Positions 60,914 through 64,000 of a DNA stretch of 64,000 bases are shown piece by piece (the stretch's first letter is position 1; every line of letters begins with the position of its first letter). Below the pieces are notes generated by a model. The model ran no database searches. It was given only the letters and a program-made list of their open reading frames with translations, and was not told the origin of the DNA. This DNA comes from Eledone cirrhosa (Eukaryota), in NCBI GenBank assembly GCA_964016885.1, contig OZ024754.1:29698001-29762000 (forward strand), in the 5' to 3' direction. The translations under genes were made by a program, and so were the position numbers.

Positions 60914-61861
60914 GGAAAAAAAGAATAAGCCGATCAAAAAGCCGCGAAACATCATTTTTAATTAAGCGAAATTAGTGGATGCAAATCTCAGAAAATATTG
61001 TACACTATTCGCACCTATCGCACTATTCGCACCTATCGGTACAAAAAATCGCACGACTGTTAATAATACTAGAAGTGCAAACTATCTGTTGAATACCTGG
61101 AATATGAAGAGCAACCGATACAATCGGTCGGCGATCGGTCTTGAAGAAGAATGAAGAATGAAGTGAAATTTTGGTCTGGTTGTTGTCATCGGTGTTTCGC
61201 AGAGATGCCGGCACGAACAAAGGTGTCAGTGACACAAAGTTGTCCGCTTGAACAAAGGTGTCGGTCCGACAAAGGTGTCAGTCAGACAGACAGTCAGACA
61301 GTGTCACAGTCGGTGCGACAAAGCGGTCGATGCGATTAAAAAAAATTTAACTCACATGTTTACCTATATTTTCGCAAACTATTGATAGATTGGTACAAAA
61401 AATAGCTTTGATAATAAACATAAATTTAAGTATTTAAATTAAAGTATTTAAAAAGCATTTTAGCAGTGAAAAGAGAAGTAATGTTTCACACTGACGCAAG
61501 TAGGGCCGTTCAGAAATGATGTAGTCAATTAGGAGGAGGGGATTCGGCGATTTGACTACATTTGACTAACGTAATCACAATCACAAGAGTTCCGCCGAAA
61601 AAAATTTGTCATTTCTGGATTACCTCCCCTAGCGTCACGCTTACTACTCACTTGAACACAAGATTTATCAGCAAACTTTGATTATAAACTTTTTCCCGCT
61701 GGACCAAATTTCTAGATATTTAAGCCAAAAGATGTGTAATGATCTACTGTTCATGCTCATATAAGTTTTATCTCAGTTAAATAAAGTAGAGCCGCGCTGT
61801 ACTGTCGTAAACAGACGATTGCCAACGAAAACACGACCACAACAATATTACCGTCCGTTTA

Positions 61862-61944
<83 letters not shown>

Positions 61945-61982
61945 GAGAGAGTGAGAGATAGAGATAGATAGATAGATAGATA

Positions 61983-62873
61983 AATTTCTTTATTAGCCAC
62001 AAGGGCACAAAAGAAGGGGACAAATAGAAATGGGGAGTTTACATACAGGTATATGAAAATAAAACTATTAATAAAATAACAAATAACAATTGAAATCCCC
62101 ACTAGGGGAGAGGCGTTACACAGGGGTTGTACACACCCCGAACAAATGTACAACCCTCATCTCCAGGAGCACCAAGAGTGAGTACTCCCTTCCTCTCTTC
62201 CTCTTTTTCCTCAACCTACAGGCTTATATAGAGAGAAGGCCCAACTACTCGGGCCATCTTTGTCACATTCACCCACCTTTTATAAAATTTGCTGGGGTAC
62301 AGCACATCTCTCTCCATCCTGATTCTTCTTCCAAAATGATATTTGAAAAAACGAATCAGTTGCTCGCCGGAGAGAAAGGTGTCTGACCTCAGCCCTTTTA
62401 ACCTCGTCCACCGTATAACCTCTTTCACCATAGCCATAACACATAGAACACATAAAACCGCCTCTCCCTCGATTTTGACGGAGGGTGGCGGTTTGATCAT
62501 GACAATGGACTCGGTGGTCAACTGGATTGGTCCCACCCGCGACAATAGTCGTTCTACATAGCCCCACAGGTCGGTAACGCCCGGGCAGTGTACAAATGCG
62601 TGCGCGACGGTTTCCTCGTCGTGCACGCATCTCGGACAGATCTTTTTCGAAGGGTCCCTACCCGGGCGCCCGTGTCTGTAGAGCTTGTCTCGAACTGGTC
62701 CTACCGAACAGACTGGCCAGTTCGTCCTCCTCTGCGCCTAGAGTTTCTCCGAGCGTGTCGTCGCACTTGCTGCGAACCAACCCTCTATAGAATGTCGAAG
62801 TGGAGTCTCCACTGATCGCCGGGTCCGTTTGCCAGAGGACTGTGAGCGCCTGAGCACATTCGATGTGCCAGTC
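61983..62873 (-). mobile_element. Second Tx1 family, 5'-truncated 3' fragment, inserted in (TATC)n
   Basis: WHIECAQALT...STSTFYRGLV...DDTLGETLG; EETVAHAFVHCP...MVKEVIRWTRLKGL, homologous to segments C/D. (GATA)n lies on both sides. Confidence 0.9.
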
Positions 62874-63582
62874 AGATAGATATATAGATAGAAAGATAGA
62901 TAGATAGGTATACACTAGTGGATCGGTTTATGTACCAGGATTACTGGATATATGAAGAATCATATAAACTGGGAAATTATTTTGATGTATTAATGGTTAT
63001 ATTTTCTAGTTTATGTTGATTATGATACGTGGAAGTCATTAAAGATACACGTGATATATAAATAATTTATTTGTAAAATATATTTACATAAATGTTCGGC
63101 ATATATATACCACCTTCGAATCATTGCGTCCTGGCTCGTGTTTAACATGGTTTTTGCCTGCATTATTTGCAATCAAACCAATGGATCATTCACACACACA
63201 CACACACATACACACATATATATATATATATATACACATTTTAGTACAGCATTAACGAAGCTTTAGGCTGCGGCTAAGCGAACGAATGCAGATTCGGAAT
63301 GTAGCTTTGGCACGATATATATATATATGTATTATGTACATATGTATATGCATATATATTAAATACATATGTATATATATATATATATATATATTTATGG
63401 CCATACTCGATAACGAGGGGGCAGTCATCATATATATATAAGTAGAAGGGATATTTAATTTGTTGGAAATCCGACAAATATAAATATAAATGTTTATAAC
63501 TGATTTAGAGCACTCAACAAGTTCTTGGGGTAAATATTCAATGATATTAAATAAATGGAAACTATATTTATAAAACCATATT

Positions 63583-63645
63583 TATTTTATTATATATATT
63601 TCAAGGGTACCAAAACACTTTGGTACGCTTCCTTCAGATAAAATA
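63583..63645 (-). ncRNA. Hammerhead motif (core CTGAAGG, A9 substituted)
   Basis: Inverted copy of 63814-63876 with one core change. Confidence 0.55.
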
Positions 63646-63813
63646 CAAAGTTTGTTTTATAAATAGACATATACCCAAGAAAATCATACATTATTAGTTG
63701 GATATTCTCTGGATAGTCCAGGGAATATCCAACTGATAAGAATGACTATCCAGAGAATATAACTGATAAGGTATGATTTTCCTGGGCATGTCTCTATTTA
63801 TAAAACAACTTTG

Positions 63814-63876
63814 TATTTTATCTGAAGAAAGCGTACCAAAGTGTTTTGGTACCCTTGAAATATATATAATAAAATA
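63814..63876 (+). ncRNA. Type I hammerhead ribozyme motif with a palindromic helix III
   Basis: TATTTTAT-CTGAAGA-AAGcGTACCAAA-GTGT-TTTGGTACcCTT-GAA-ATATATAT-A-ATAAAATA: 8-bp helix I, long helix II, AUA triplet. Confidence 0.8.
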
Positions 63877-63915
63877 AATATGGTTTTATAAATATAGTTT
63901 GCATTTATTTAATAT

Positions 63916-63978
<63 letters not shown>

Positions 63979-64000
63979 GAAGAAGTTTATGAAACGGAAA

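Larger units (their letters stand above)
57809..61863. mobile_element. Unclassified ~4.05-kb segment bounded by (TA)n and carrying compact cargo-like genes
   Basis: Sharp (TA)n boundaries, essentially no internal microsatellites, no TIRs, and several short coding or exon-like blocks. Its status as a mobile element is inferred. Confidence 0.5.
63441..63920. mobile_element. PLE-4: non-coding fold-back element (~180-bp arms) with two hammerhead motifs, in (TA)n
   Basis: 63539-~63715 is inverted at ~63747-63920. The left arm extends a further ~100 bp to (TA)n. Confidence 0.8.

Noticed and set aside
57809-61863. Definite Helitron call
   Set aside because: It has A|TC at one end and a small hairpin at the other, but no terminal CTRR and no Rep/helicase remnant.

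Overview
AT-rich, microsatellite-dense eukaryotic DNA that is almost entirely repeat-derived. The SINE types and microsatellite load suggest an invertebrate, probably a cephalopod such as Octopus (inference only). No host gene could be identified with confidence. Main content: (1) a ~19-kb array of eight co-oriented R4/Dong-clade non-LTR retrotransposon insertions in a (TTA)n tract (7.2-26.2 kb), including one intact 1130-aa ORF and a ~3.94-kb duplication with a mappable crossover; (2) Tx1/L1-clade elements using the same (TTA)n tract in the opposite orientation, with an internal 5.4-kb inverted, permuted segment whose two breakpoints share a 15-bp sequence; (3) sister Dong and Tx1 families sitting in (TACA)n and (TATC)n; (4) four or five Penelope-like (PLE) families in (TA)n, found as inverted pairs carrying hammerhead-ribozyme motifs, one family with a non-canonical CAGA core, with every paired insertion showing one long arm and one short arm; (5) a ~4-kb (TA)n-flanked segment without TIRs or transposase that carries compact cargo-like genes (SGNH hydrolase, BACK-like, possible PHD). 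The most novel candidates are the partitioning of microsatellite types among retroelement families, the PLE arm rule with its variant ribozyme, and the cargo segment. All calls come from reading the sequence by eye; no searches or folding programs were run.
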